A DNA stretch of 63,539 nucleotides, filler included, from Octopus bimaculoides (taxonomy: Eukaryota), in NCBI RefSeq assembly GCF_001194135.2. It is 4 parts of 4 records of this genome, joined end to end, with 100 filler letters (N's around TTAATTAATTAA, not from the genome) between each part and the next. Parts side by side here need not be neighbours in the genome. Positions count along the whole stretch, not along the records: positions 1 to 23,415 come from NC_068988.1; 3 more parts are not named here. One strand, given 5' to 3'. The notes under the pieces are model-generated. The model did not search any database and was not told the DNA's origin. It worked only from the letters and a program-made list of their open reading frames with translations. This document shows positions 1-12,502 of the stretch, piece after piece. How positions within the stretch are numbered: position 1 is the first letter of the stretch; every line of letters begins with the position of its first letter. A program made the position numbers and the translations under genes.

Positions 1-84
1 GAACTTCTAACGTGTTGTCTCTTGAGGTCTCTGGGTGAGACTTGGATCCAACTTGTACAAATGCAAGACAAAAGTCAAACATAA

Positions 85-87
<3 letters not shown>
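1..87 (+). mobile_element. 3' end of a (TAA)n-tailed non-LTR retrotransposon (probably R4/Dong-like)
   Basis: Near-identical to the reverse complement of ~53010-53090 (GAACTTCTAAC..TTGTCTCTTGAGG..TCTGGGTGAGACTTGGATCCAACTTGTACAAATGC..AAAGTCAAACATAAAA); runs straight into (AAT)n. No ORF is visible, so the clade is inferred from the tail. Confidence 0.6.

Positions 88-166
<79 letters not shown>
87..166. repeat. (AAT)n microsatellite
   Basis: Direct reading. Confidence 0.97.
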
Positions 167-563
167 GTAGGGAATATGAATCCAAAACTTACAGGGAAAA
201 ATTCAATTTAGCAATTCTAAATCAAATTTCACAATATATAATATATGTATATATTTTAGATAGAAAAAAAAAAAACAACCTCTATTAAACAATTCAATAA
301 TAAAACATCTATTTCACACCATCCAGAAAAATAAATATACTATAAAAACCTTATTCTAAAAATCAACAAAGTGCATAAACAATAAATAATATTGAATAGA
401 CTATTATAGAATATTCTATAATAGTCTATTTAATATTATTTATTGTTTATGTATTTTATTGATTTTTAGAATATGGTTTTTATAGTATATATATATTTCT
501 GGATGATGTGAATTATGTTTTTCATATTGAATTGTTTAATAGAGTTTTTTTGTCTCTAAACTA

Positions 564-579
564 TATACATACATACATT

Positions 580-637
<58 letters not shown>

Positions 638-656
638 CGCACACGCAATCCCACAT

Positions 657-696
<40 letters not shown>
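564..696. repeat. Compound (TACA)n/(CA)n/(TA)n microsatellite, representative of dozens in the window
   Basis: Direct reading; source of the spurious YI/HT/CV ORFs in the track. Confidence 0.95.
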
Positions 697-699
<3 letters not shown>

Positions 700-1289
700 G
701 GGGTGAGTGGGTGTTGAAAAGTTTGTGACTCAAGGTTTATGATTCTACTTAACATATTGTCCTCACAAATTCACACATATATTACAACGATTTAACGCAA
801 AAGTAGTCCGATGGTTGGGCCTGTAACCGATCTCTTTCAAACGAACTCCGATGCTTGGGCCTCTAAACAAAATCTTATGAATATGTAGAATACATACGTA
901 CGCACGCACGCATACATATCTGCGTGCACACACACACACACATAATACATACCTACATACATAGATATGTGCGTACACAGGCACACCTGCACACTAAAGC
1001 GCACACATTCACACAAACACACTAAAGAAATGCAGCTCCAATAACGGATGGAGTCAACATGCATCGACTAGGTTGCAACATCAACGAAAATTTTGGAAGA
1101 AAAAATATAAATGGGTGGAAATCGAACCGGAGAGTGTATTGGATAACAAGGAATTAAGAGAATGTAACTCTCCTCAGACACAACAATATATATATTAAAG
1201 GTAAATTTAGATTCAGTAGAGTATATTATACCACTTGCTAAAATGATTACTTACTGATGTATTCAACGCAAAGCTAAACCTATTTCTCA

Positions 1290-1376
1290 GAATTTGAACT
1301 CAGAACGTAAAGACACACGAAATACCGCTAAACATTTCGCCCACGGTGCTAACGTTTCTGCCAGATCACCGCCTTC
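1290..1376 (-). mobile_element. SINE family B, 5' (head) fragment
   Basis: Matches 33560-33647 and 3995-4082; minus strand reads GGCGG..CTGGCAGAAACGTTAGC ... GTTCTGAGTTCAAATT (B-box-like). Confidence 0.8.
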
Positions 1377-2435
1377 TTTCTGAAAAATATCATACAACTA
1401 ATACATACAAGTGTAAAGTGCCGGTTATGTTCTGGATAATCTAATAATCAACTACCATCTGCTTGGCATGTTCCTATGTTGCAAAATGTATCGAGTTTGT
1501 AGATATTGCTCAGCATGAAATAGATGGTATTTATATAATACTACTCTGTACTTTAAGATGACGCATACATGTGTACACAATTACGCACAATATATACATC
1601 TGCCCTGTCACCATAATTTGCCCTCTATTGATGTTCAGGAAACTAAAATGCATAGAAAGTCATTACTAATTAAAGCTTACGCAAATCCTAAATAAATTTG
1701 CATATATACACACATACAAAAGCACACACACACAAAACTTATATGAAAATACTTTTCGTGTGCACCTGCACATGAGTGCGTATTTTTTTCTTACTTCTTT
1801 CGTTCGTTGGACAGCGACAATGCTAGACCAATACCTTCACGAGTTCAGTTTGACGATTCAACCACAGCAATTATTTTGTTAAGTCTCGGAATCACTATAA
1901 AGCTTGTCAAACTGTGATGGTGGACAAACAAAGAAAGGCAGTGTTGTAGTAAATGGCAACTACCTATGGCACCACACAGTGCGACTGAATCCGGAGACAT
2001 GTCCTTGAGAGGTAAACGTCTTTCTACACAGCCAGGCCTGTACCTATATACATANNNNNNNNNNNNNNNNNNNNNNNNNNNNNNNNNNNNNNNNNNNNNN
2101 NNNNNNNNNNNNNNNNNNNNNNNNNNNNNNNNNNNNNNNNNNNNNNNNNNNNNNNNNNNNNNNNNNNNNNNNNNNNNNNNNNNNNNNNNNNNNNNNNNNN
2201 NNNNNNNNNNNNNNNNNNNNNNNNNNNNNNNNNNNNNNNNNNNNNNNNNNNNNNNNNNNNNNNNNNNNNNNNNNNNNNNNNNNNNNNNNNNNNNNNNNNN
2301 NNNNNNNNNNNNNNNNNNNNNNNNNNNNNNNNNNNNNNNNNNNNNNNNNNNNNNNNNNNNNNNNNNNNNNNNNNNNNNNNNNNNNNNNNNNNNNNNNNNN
2401 NNNNNNNNNNNNNNNNNNNNNNNNNNNNNNNNNNN

Positions 2436-2480
<45 letters not shown>

Positions 2481-2482
<2 letters not shown>

Positions 2483-2757
2483 GTCTCCCTCCTCCATCTC
2501 CAGTTTTTGACTAACCGATGCTGTGTTTATGTCCCCGTAAGTTAGCTGTTCGGCAAAAGAGACTGATAGAATAAGTACCAGGCTTACAGAGAATATGTCC
2601 TGGGGTGGACGGGCTTCTTTCAGTTTCTGTCTACCAAATCCACTCACATTTCTTTGGTCGACCCGAGGCTATAGTAGAAGACACCCAAAGTGCGACGCTG
2701 TGGGGTTGAATCTGGACCATGTGCTTGGGAATCAAGCTTCTTAGCACACAGCCACGA
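2481..2757. mobile_element. SINE family A composite: 3' half on + (to ~2610) joined to 5' half on - (~2611-2757)
   Basis: Each half matches the other family A copies (e.g. 42996-43392), but the two halves are in opposite orientations. Confidence 0.7.
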
Positions 2758-3904
2758 CTATATGTATGTATGTATGTATGTATGTGCCTGCTTGTATGTA
2801 TGTATATGTGGTTGTATGTATATATGTAAGTATGTATGTATGTATGTAGGTAGGTATGAATGTATGCGTACGTATTATATTTAGAGAGATAGAAATAGAT
2901 GTATATATACTTGCATAATATCATATATGCAGACTCACGGATGCACTNNNNNNNNNNNNNNNNNNNNNNNNNNNNNNNNNNNNNNNNNNNNNNNNNNNNN
3001 NNNNNNNNNNNNNNNNNNNNNNNNNNNNNNNNNNNNNNNNNNNNNNNNNNNNNNNNNNNNNNNNNNNNNNNNNNNNNNNNNNNNNNNNNNNNNNNNNNNN
3101 NNNNNNNNNNNNNNNNNNNNNNNNNNNNNNNNNNNNNNNNNNNNNNNNNNNNNNNNNNNNNNNNNNNNNNNNNNNNNNNNNNNNNNNNNNNNNNNNNNNN
3201 NNNNNNNNNNNNNNNNNNNNNNNNNNNNNNNNNNNNNNNNNNNNNNNNNNNNNNNNNNNNNNNNNNNNNNNNNNNNNNNNNNNNNNNNNNNNNNNNNNNN
3301 NNNNNNNNNNNNNNNNNNNNNNNNNNNNNNNNNNNNNNNNNNNNNNNNNNNNNNNNNNNNNNNNNNNNNNNNNNNNNNNNNNNNNNNNNNNNNNNNNNNN
3401 NNNNNNNNNNNNNNNNNNNNNNNNNNNNNNNNNNNNNNNNNNNNNNNNNNNNNNNNNNNNNNNNNNNNNNNNNNNNNNNNNNNNNNNNNNNNNNNNNNNN
3501 NNNNNNNNNNNNNNNNNNNNNNNNNNNNNNNNNNNNNNNNNNNNNNNNNNNNNNNNNNNNNNNNNNNNNNNNNNNNNNNNNNNNATTTATATGGCATCAT
3601 ATTATCAATGATTCCGTTTAATTTCTTAGCCAGTATTTTCGCATTTGTGTTGCGGAACACTTATTTCAATGGACTAATTACACATACATGCTCATGCATA
3701 CACATATACGCATGCCTGTGCGTGCGCAACCCCACTACCCCAAAGACACCACCCTATCGCAGAGCATCATCAGATGAAAAAACGAGTGTATATCAGCAGG
3801 GAGCATGGATGGATATGCTACTATAGAGCTCCTAGATCTCAGAAACATTTATTTCTTTATTGCTTACAGGGGGATAAACATAGAGGAGACAAACAAGGAC
3901 AGAC

Positions 3905-4082
3905 AAAGGGATTAAGTCGATTACATCGACTCCAGTGCGTAACTGGTACTTATTTAATTGAGCCCTAAAGGATGAAAAGAAAAGTCGACTTCGGCGGAAT
4001 TAGAACTCAAAACGTAACGGCAGACGAAATACCGTTAAGCATTTTGCACTGCGTGCAAACGATTCTGCTAGCTCACCGCCCT
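3905..4082 (-). mobile_element. SINE family B
   Basis: Homologous to 33353-33647 and 10865-11003. Confidence 0.8.
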
Positions 4083-4139
4083 TAATGTCAGAAACATTGA
4101 TAAATATAGTAGTCTACCAAGGACCATAACCCGGATTAC

Positions 4140-4690
4140 TAGCCCTCATTTTGAAGAGCATGCATTTACAATCAAGGAAAAGGAAATTGCAACCATATAC
4201 CTGATGCACAAAATGGACAGCAACGCAAACAAACTTGTGGAGTTCACACCGAATATACAATCCATAACATAAGAAGTTATTCCAAAATGTCATTGCGTTC
4301 TTATCTACCGATGAGACATGGTGTTGTAGCCAAGACACTGTACAATGTAATATGTCGGAAGGATAAATCCGAGTCCAAAGAGATAGCAGCGCACAGAATG
4401 ATAGATGGCATAGCCACTCATATGAAATAGTACTGCTGGATGTCCTTATGAAAATCTCAATAAATTCTAAAGATAATGAACCGGGCATAGTAATTTGAGG
4501 CTCAGCAGAAAATCTATGTACACTATTGAAAATAAGTTGTTGAATTAATGTGAACACAAATCGAAAGACCAACGATAAAGAAAGCACCTATGCGGAACTA
4601 TAGAGATTTATTGTAACTCTTCCCGGATTACAATTTCAGGTTTTAGCCCGTAAAAATTGGGTCACTAAGTTGTGTACCAAACCGCTTAAG
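4140..4690 (+). mobile_element. Degenerate RLE-type (R2/R4/NeSL-like) LINE, C-terminal region
   Basis: Frameshifted translation: HAFTIKEKEIATIYL..; MRHGVVAKTLYNVICRKD (RHD-x-VA motif); NEPGIVI*...LCTLLKISC*INVN (PD..(D/E)xS/K nuclease-like); LFPDYNFRF*PVKIGSLSCVP (PxxIGALG-like). Confidence 0.7.
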
Positions 4691-4889
4691 CACAAATCGT
4701 GAGAATTTACGCTTCTCACGCAATAAAGGAGAGACATAATTAGATTACAAATTCAAGCCATTAATGAAACTGACATAATCTGTGAAATTTTCAGAAATTT
4801 AGCATTTTCGCATACAAGCTCATGTTCAGGCATGCGAATAAATGCATAAAAAGCTCATACATATCTGGAAGTTCATTGACTTCAAATAT

Positions 4890-4951
<62 letters not shown>

Positions 4952-7038
4952 TGGTGGTGTTATTTGAAATTCCAATGAACTATCCTTACATCACAGTAAG
5001 AAAGCCATTCCTTCTCTATAGGCCAGAAATTCTAGGAATCAGACTGAGTAACATACACGCTTGTATACATACATACACACATACATACATGCATAAATAC
5101 ATGCATACAAGCACACAGGCAGACATATAGACATAGAAAGACATAGATACATGCATATATATATATATATATGTATATATATTTACATATATACATAAAC
5201 AAACAGGAAATCTCGTGCACTGACTACGGCTCTAGCGAACATAACTTTTGTATGTTAGGTTAAAGTGAGTTCATGTAAACGTTTAGAAGTTTCCTTTGAA
5301 TAGTGCTGGCATGTTTTATGAGGGATGTTGTCGGAGCAGCCTTCGAGAGAAACCAACCGAAGTTGTATTTTTAAAACTTTTACCAGGTAATACAATTAGA
5401 CCTGAGCTGTCAATCAACCAATATTTGTGAAATAAACCTTACCGAGTGATACATCGCAAAAGGATAGTAATGTGACAGAATCGTTCTGGTATTAGAATGT
5501 ACTCCCTTATTTCTTTTCTATCCCTGTGTTCAAATCCTAACGAATTTAAAGTTGCCTTTAATCAGCTGAGGGTCAATAAATAATTTTTTTTTTCTGTTTC
5601 ATCGTTCTCCAGTGCTTTTCTTTCCTTCTGTCCTTCTGTAACTTCCCTTTGCTATATCATTGTGAATCAGTGAAGTGAATTTGTTTCCAAGGTAATGTGC
5701 ACTATACAGTGCCATTAATTACTTCACCCATTCACATTGCATACAACAAGTATTGCAGATGGAATACGTGTTTATTGTTATAATTATTTCTTCTTATTTT
5801 GTAAAGAAATTGAGTTGCAAATAGCTGCGGATGTAATGTAAGCAGGGACAAAATGTTTACGACATAAGGTTGACGCTAAAGACAATGCTCTCTTTAATCA
5901 AATATATCCGAGCAAAATGTATTACTTAATTTTGTTAAAGAGAGCAGATACTGTGTGGGTGGAGATGAGCTGTTATTTCTAGGAGATCGGGGTTTCGCAT
6001 AAGGACTATTTATTCTTATGACTATTTCATTTAGGAGTGTTGATTTTTTTACGGAATACATTGCCAAATAAGTCATTTCATACTTCAGAAGATAAGATAC
6101 AATTTAAAGTCAAACATTTGTTGTCTATCTGATTTTTCTGGTATGATGCAGTAGAGATTAACTGCCATGATGCATGATGCAAGTAGTGATTAAACGCTAT
6201 GCTCATCACTATGGGAATGTCTGAGATAAACAAAAGCTGGCGATTAGATGAATCTAATTAAATCAATTGCCGTCTACTGAAATGTACGTGAAGGAGATGA
6301 TTCCAGCTTCTATTATTGTCGTACTACATGTTTTACGAATTTTATAGCAAAAACAAGGTTTATTGGTTATCGCGATTCGCAAGAACTAGTTGCCTTTTGG
6401 CAAAGAAATCCGAGGAAATTGACGACTTAGAGATTAAGAGAGAAACGGACACACGCACTCACATGCACACACATACACACACAAACACACACGCACAAAC
6501 ATACACACGCAGAAACACACATACACACAATCACTCACACACGCACACTCACACACACACACGCGCACGCACACATAAAATGTTATAAAGAGGCAGAAAA
6601 GAGATACAGTAAATGTATTCTGAAACAATATAAAAAAAACACTTCAATAGAAATAAATAACGCAAAACGCTAAGTTAAGTTGGCCACCAAAAAAAAAAAA
6701 AATTGTAAAATATATACATTAAAATTTAATGCTCTGAAGCATATAAATATGTATATGTAAATGAAGTTTTTGTTTGNNNNNNNNNNNNNNNNNNNNNNNN
6801 NNNNNNNNNNNNNNNNNNNNNNNNNNNNNNNNNNNNNNNNNNNNNNNNNNNNNNNNNNNNNNNNNNNNNNNNNNNNNNNNNNNNNNNNNNNNNNNNNNNN
6901 NNNNNNNNNNNNNNNNNNNNNNNNNNNNNNNNNNNNNNNNNNNNNNNNNNNNNNNNNNNNNNNNNNNNNNNNNNNNNNNNNNNNNNNNNNNNNNNNNNNN
7001 NNNNNNNNNNNNNNNNNNNNNNNNNNNNNNNNNNNNGA

Positions 7039-7078
<40 letters not shown>

Positions 7079-7498
7079 CGCCATAATATGTTTCAGGAAT
7101 GTAATTATGCATGTATGTATCCTGATAATAAAATATATGCGTTTCTACTTAAAAGAAAGATCAATATGTGCATTATCTTATGTTAGCAATCTGAAATGTC
7201 TACACTACGTTATTCAATACATGTTTATTTAGTGATACATGCAATTTGTTTTTATTTAAGTATTAAATCGCATTACATCTTTCCTACAAAGTCAATGCAT
7301 TACTCTATTAAAGGATGCTTCTGCTAAGTTACGATATAGTGCTGATGAATTATAAGATTCTCGACAAGTAAGTATTTATTGTACAGATAACCGTATTCAT
7401 GTTTTAAATGGAGCGCTTTATTCGATAAAATATACGACAGAGCAAAATTCTTTGTCCCTAAGGTGATACAACGTATCGGCGCGCTTTAAGTCCAATCT

Positions 7499-7606
7499 AT
7501 GCAGGCTTGTGCTAATATGCAGACTTGTGCTAATATGCAGGCTTGTGCTAATATGCAGGGTTGTGCTAATATGCAGGCTTGTGCTAATATGCAGGCTTGC
7601 GCTAAT
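7499..7606. repeat. 18-bp minisatellite, 6 copies (ATGCAGGCTTGTGCTAAT)
   Basis: Six head-to-tail units with at most one substitution each. Confidence 0.95.
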
Positions 7607-8006
7607 AAAACACTCCGTATGAAAAGTACTTTGTGAAGCAGTCTTGTTGCATTGAAGTTCCCCATTTTTCCCTCAAAACTTCCCGACAAATAAACGAAAT
7701 GATAAATGTTCTTCCAAATTCTTTGAGTGATACACGATGAAAAAATGTGCTGGACATTGCGAGATTAAGATCTTCCCCACCTAAAGAAGTAAGTTCTCAA
7801 AATGTTGTATTAAAGTAGTCGTATCCAATTTGAAGAGAATTCTAATATAGATACGAATGAACTACAGACCGACAGAAACAGATACATTTCTCGAAAACAG
7901 AATCACAAAGCCACTTTAAAAATAAAAGAGAGCCATGATGGATATAGTGATACTCCATGAAAAATATATATCAGAAATAGTGAGAGAAAGGATTGATTTG
8001 ATTATA

Positions 8007-9285
8007 TTGGGTTGTCTGGAAAGTTCGAGCCGATTTTTAAAGGAAAGAAAAAGGTCAATAAATACTTGCCATTACATTTTTAATCAACCAAATATGAAAC
8101 ACGTTGTTGCATAATGCGTCTCCATCTTTCCTTTAACTTGAAAATACCCTCTTCCCAGAATTGAGGTGGTTTCATGACAAAGAATTCATCAAGGTATCTT
8201 TTTACGTCATCCAAGGAATTGAAATATTTACTATTAAGACTATTCAGCAGAGACCTGAATAAGTGGAAATCCGAAGGAGCAATATCTGGTGAATACGGAG
8301 GGTAGGATAATACATCTTAGCCGAGCTGCAGCAAGTTTTGTCTGGTTCCCAAAGAAACGTGCGGTCTTGCATTACCATGTTGGAAAACAACACCCTTCCT
8401 GTTGGACAATAATTCTGGACGATTCTCCTGAATTACTGCTTTTAACTCGTCCAGTTGTGTGCAGTATTTCTCAAAATTAATTGTCTGGTTACTTGGGAGA
8501 AGCTCATAGTACAGAATTCCTTTCCAATCCCACCAGACACAAAGGAAGACATTTTTAGGGTGAAGACCCGCTTTTGGGGTGGCTTAGGGTGACTCATATC
8601 GATTACTCCAGGATCGCTTTCTCTGAACATTCCGGTAGATAATCCATTTCTCATCACCTGTCACAATTTGCTTTAAAAAAGTTGCGTTTTCATCCCATTT
8701 ATAAAACAAATCACAGATGCGATCCAAAAGGTTATTCTCACTCAACTCATGTGGTACCCAAACATCGTAGCGATTTGTGTACCCAAGGTTTACCAGGTGC
8801 TCATGGACGACGGATTTTGAGAGGCTGAGGCTTTGTGCCAATTCTCAGGTGGCGCAATGTAGGTTATTCTCAATTAATGACTTGATTTGGTCATCATCTG
8901 AACTGGAGGGTCTACCTGATTGCTCTTTATCAATAAGGCTACAATCTCCAGCTCGGAACCTTGCGATCCACTTCTGTACCGTTCTTTCGGATAAACAGAC
9001 ATCACCGTAAACTGTGCATATTTCTTTGGTTGCTTGTGAGGCTTTTTTCCCTTACGGAAAATGAAAACATCAAGTGCCGAAAATGAACTTTCTTATCTTC
9101 CATTTTAAAGGGTTACAGAATTAACACAGATAATAAGATCATAAACCTTCTTCCAGGAAAATATAGCTTAAACTGTGCTCTAAATGGAAGTGTAGTCAAA
9201 TCCTATTTAATGGACTCATCCATGTTCTAAAATAAGTCGAAATGTAAGCTACTATAAATCGGCACGAACTTTCCGGACGACCCAA
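8007..9285 (-). mobile_element. Full-length (1279 bp) mariner transposon, mellifera-like, with disrupted transposase
   Basis: 30-bp TIRs at 8007-8036 and 9256-9285 (27/30 match); TA on both flanks (8005-8006, 9286-9287); motifs WVPHEL, TGDEKW and YSPDIAPSDFH on the minus strand; frameshifts and stops. Confidence 0.95.
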
Positions 9286-9620
9286 TAGATCTATTCTAGT
9301 TAATCTCAGTGTTATTAGAGAAGAGTTGATCTAAACGCATATTCACACTTGTATGCAGGCATGCAAATATGTATGCATGCGCATATATGAATATATGTAT
9401 GCATACATGCATACATACATACATACATACATACGTACATGCATACATACACACGTACATACACACATACATACATACATAAAGAGGTATAGCGAAAAGG
9501 AATGAGGAATCAGAATCTGAACAGGTACAGCACACTCATATTATCCAGATCTGAAGAACTAGATTCAAATATAGACTACATAAAGAATTGATTAAAATAA
9601 ATAATTAAATTGTAATTCAC

Positions 9621-9664
9621 CTGATCAGTAAATCCTATGTTCCCCTTATGGGATTTCATGTAGC
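9621..9664 (-). other. Weak candidate 44-bp exon (GYMKSHKGNIGFTDQ)
   Basis: TACTTTGTAG acceptor and CAG|GTGAAT donor; no homology recognised. Confidence 0.12.
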
Positions 9665-9697
9665 CTACAAAGTATATAATTAAGATCTTATCGAGAA

Positions 9698-9733
<36 letters not shown>

Positions 9734-9778
9734 TCTCTCTCTCACACACACATATAGATACATATATACATACATACT

Positions 9779-9809
<31 letters not shown>

Positions 9810-9811
9810 AT

Positions 9812-10335
9812 ATCTCTTTTACTTGTTTCAGTCATTCGACTGCGGCCATGCTGGAGCACCGCCTTTAGTCGAGCAAATCGACCCCAGGACTTATTCTTTG
9901 TAAGCCTAGTACTTATTGTATAGGACTCTGTTGCCGAACTGCTATGTTACNNNNNNNNNNNNNNNNNNNNNNNNNNNNNNNNNNNNNNNNNNNNNNNNNN
10001 NNNNNNNNNNNNNNNNNNNNNNNNNNNNNNNNNNNNNNNNNNNNNNNNNNNNNNNNNNNNNNNNNNNNNNNNNNNNNNNNNNNNNNNNNNNNNNNNNNNN
10101 NNNNNNNNNNNNNNNNNNNNNNNNNNNNNNNNNNNNNNNNNNNNNNNNNNNNNNNNNNATATATATATATATATACATATATACGACAGGCTTCTTTCAC
10201 TTTCCGTCTACCAAATCCACTCACAAGGCTTTGGTCGGCCCGAGGCCACAGTAGAAGACACTTGCCCAAGTTTCCACGCAGTGGGACTGAACCCGGAACC
10301 ATGTGGTTGGCAAGCAAGCTACTTACCACACAGCC
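9812..10335 (-). mobile_element. SINE family A (spans a gap)
   Basis: tRNA-like head with B-box GGTTCAGTCCC at ~10282-10295; tail GCTCCAGCATGGCCGCAGTCGAATGACTGAAACAAG. Confidence 0.88.
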
Positions 10336-10864
10336 ATCCATCATTTTTTAAAATTCTCATTAAATGTGCATCCCACGCGTGTTTTTGCGGGACGGATGCC
10401 CCAGTGTCTTTTAATGCAGTAATTATGGTAATTTAGTTGATTCAGTTGCAGTATATATTCATTGAATATAGACATTACAATGACACTTTGTCTAAGATTT
10501 ATATCCGTGCGATTAGGTGAAGTGGTCTATGGATTCAAGTTTTAGATAATCCTACTCAAAGTATATTTTAGGTGAAATTACATGGGAAAAGTGAAACTGT
10601 TGATGCAAATCTCGAATAAAACATATACTTGTATTAATATATAAATTGGATATTTTGTTACTATTAGTATCATGCATTCCTCAGATTATGTAGGTCCAGA
10701 CATTTTATAGGACTACACGGAATGTGCATTATATCATGTATGGATATCTAAGTAAGCATTTGATAATAAGACTTAGATATAACAAAAATACTTATATGTA
10801 CTACCTTTGCATGTGTTGCATATTCTAGGTTCTTTAGTTTATTTATTGCTCAATATTCTTTTCT

Positions 10865-11003
10865 ACTCACGGCACAAGGCCAGAAATTTTGGGGGCGGGG
10901 CCAGTTGATTAGATCGACCCCAGTACGCAACTGCTACTTAATTTATCGACCCCAAAATGATGAAAGGTGAAGTCGACCACGGCGGAATTTAAACTCAAAA
11001 CGA
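10865..11003 (-). mobile_element. SINE family B, 3' portion
   Basis: Matches 33353-33560. Confidence 0.82.
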
Positions 11004-12422
11004 TGTGTTACTCGATATTAGAATGATGAAGTTGTGGCACTACGAAGTTTTACGTTTGTTTCTTCTGGATATTTGTCTAGCTTATTTTTTTTATTATCGC
11101 CCAGCTTGTCGTTACATACCTATAAATGGTATGTTTCTCTCTGCTTTTTTTTTCACAATAAATGACACTGCATCCTTATTCTATGCTGAAACATACCTTG
11201 TTCCGCTGTTTCCAACGAAAAATATTGAATATGTCGGTGCTGTTTTCCATTAACTTTAAAACGGCAAGCGTATTATTCATTTTGCATGTTCAATTTTGTC
11301 AATCATTATAGTAAATATGACCAATGTAACTGGCTTTTCAATTCTAAGTTTGAAATACGTCTTTCATTTCATGCCGGGATTAGGAACCATATTTTAACCC
11401 CCAATGATACTGCAGAAACTAAATATAAAATGAGGTACAGCAATAACCATGTGTCTTCTGACGAGTGGTATAAATGGAAACCAAAATACAAAACTGTATC
11501 ATTTTGGGTGACTTCTAATCAACCAATTAGGTTATCTGTTTTTTATATTATATTCATGCTTTGTACACGAAATCCGAAGATTACACTCGAATAACCAGTG
11601 TATCAGCTGTTCTCGTTTATAAACAAACTGATATTTACATTAAATGAACGGATGTAAAACGTCTTTTGGCTTTCCCATAGTAATACTTTGTCAATATTCG
11701 ACAGTTAAAGTTATTCATTAGGAACATCATTTTGTTTGCTGCTTTCATCTAGACATTGTTTTCTAATAATCCTCAAGTATCTCTACGAAATTAATGACGT
11801 TTATTATCGTTTATTTAATAAGGCGTGTTTTTAAATTATTCTAATCTCTACATAAAAGGTAAACGTATACACGAAGAAGCAGTCGTTCGATAACAAAAAC
11901 AAATCAATAATTCAGTCATTATGCTTTTTATCCTTCATATATAACTATGGGTTTCTCTTCTACTATCGTATACAATTATGACAAAGATGAGATAGGTGTC
12001 GTCATAATAGAGACAAAAATACAAAGGTACAATAATGGGAAATATAGTTTCAAAACATGATTTATCAGCAAATCCACAGTCATGTACTACTGTTAATTTT
12101 GCATTAGTGTAAACTTCTGTAATAAATTAATGAGGTTCGTTTACTAAGATAAAATAAATCGCACACTAAATCTAAGTGAATATTCTGAACAGAGACTTTC
12201 AAACACTCTACATTTTGAAACAATGGCCATATCTAATTCCTTAATTCATATGGGGAATTAGTACTTCAATGAAGCACATTTGTACGGTAATATATGAAAC
12301 AGGAATTAACTTTATAACGGTATATCAACACTGTATCGTCTTACAACTCCTAAAAACACCATTAAATGCCATAAAGATGCGCTTTTATTTTCAAATTTAT
12401 CATAGCATAGTATGTGTGTGAG

Positions 12423-12502
<80 letters not shown>

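Noticed and set aside
1966-3826. Long ORFs containing X runs (also at 18.9, 20.4, 38.7 and 57.6 kb)
   Set aside because: They are open only because N gaps contain no stop codons.
5894-6076. 60-aa minus-strand ORF MTYLAMYSVKKS...
   Set aside because: No recognisable domain or convincing splice context; length expected by chance.
7499-7606. CRISPR-like regular repeat
   Set aside because: Units are contiguous with no spacers, no cas genes are present, and the context is eukaryotic.
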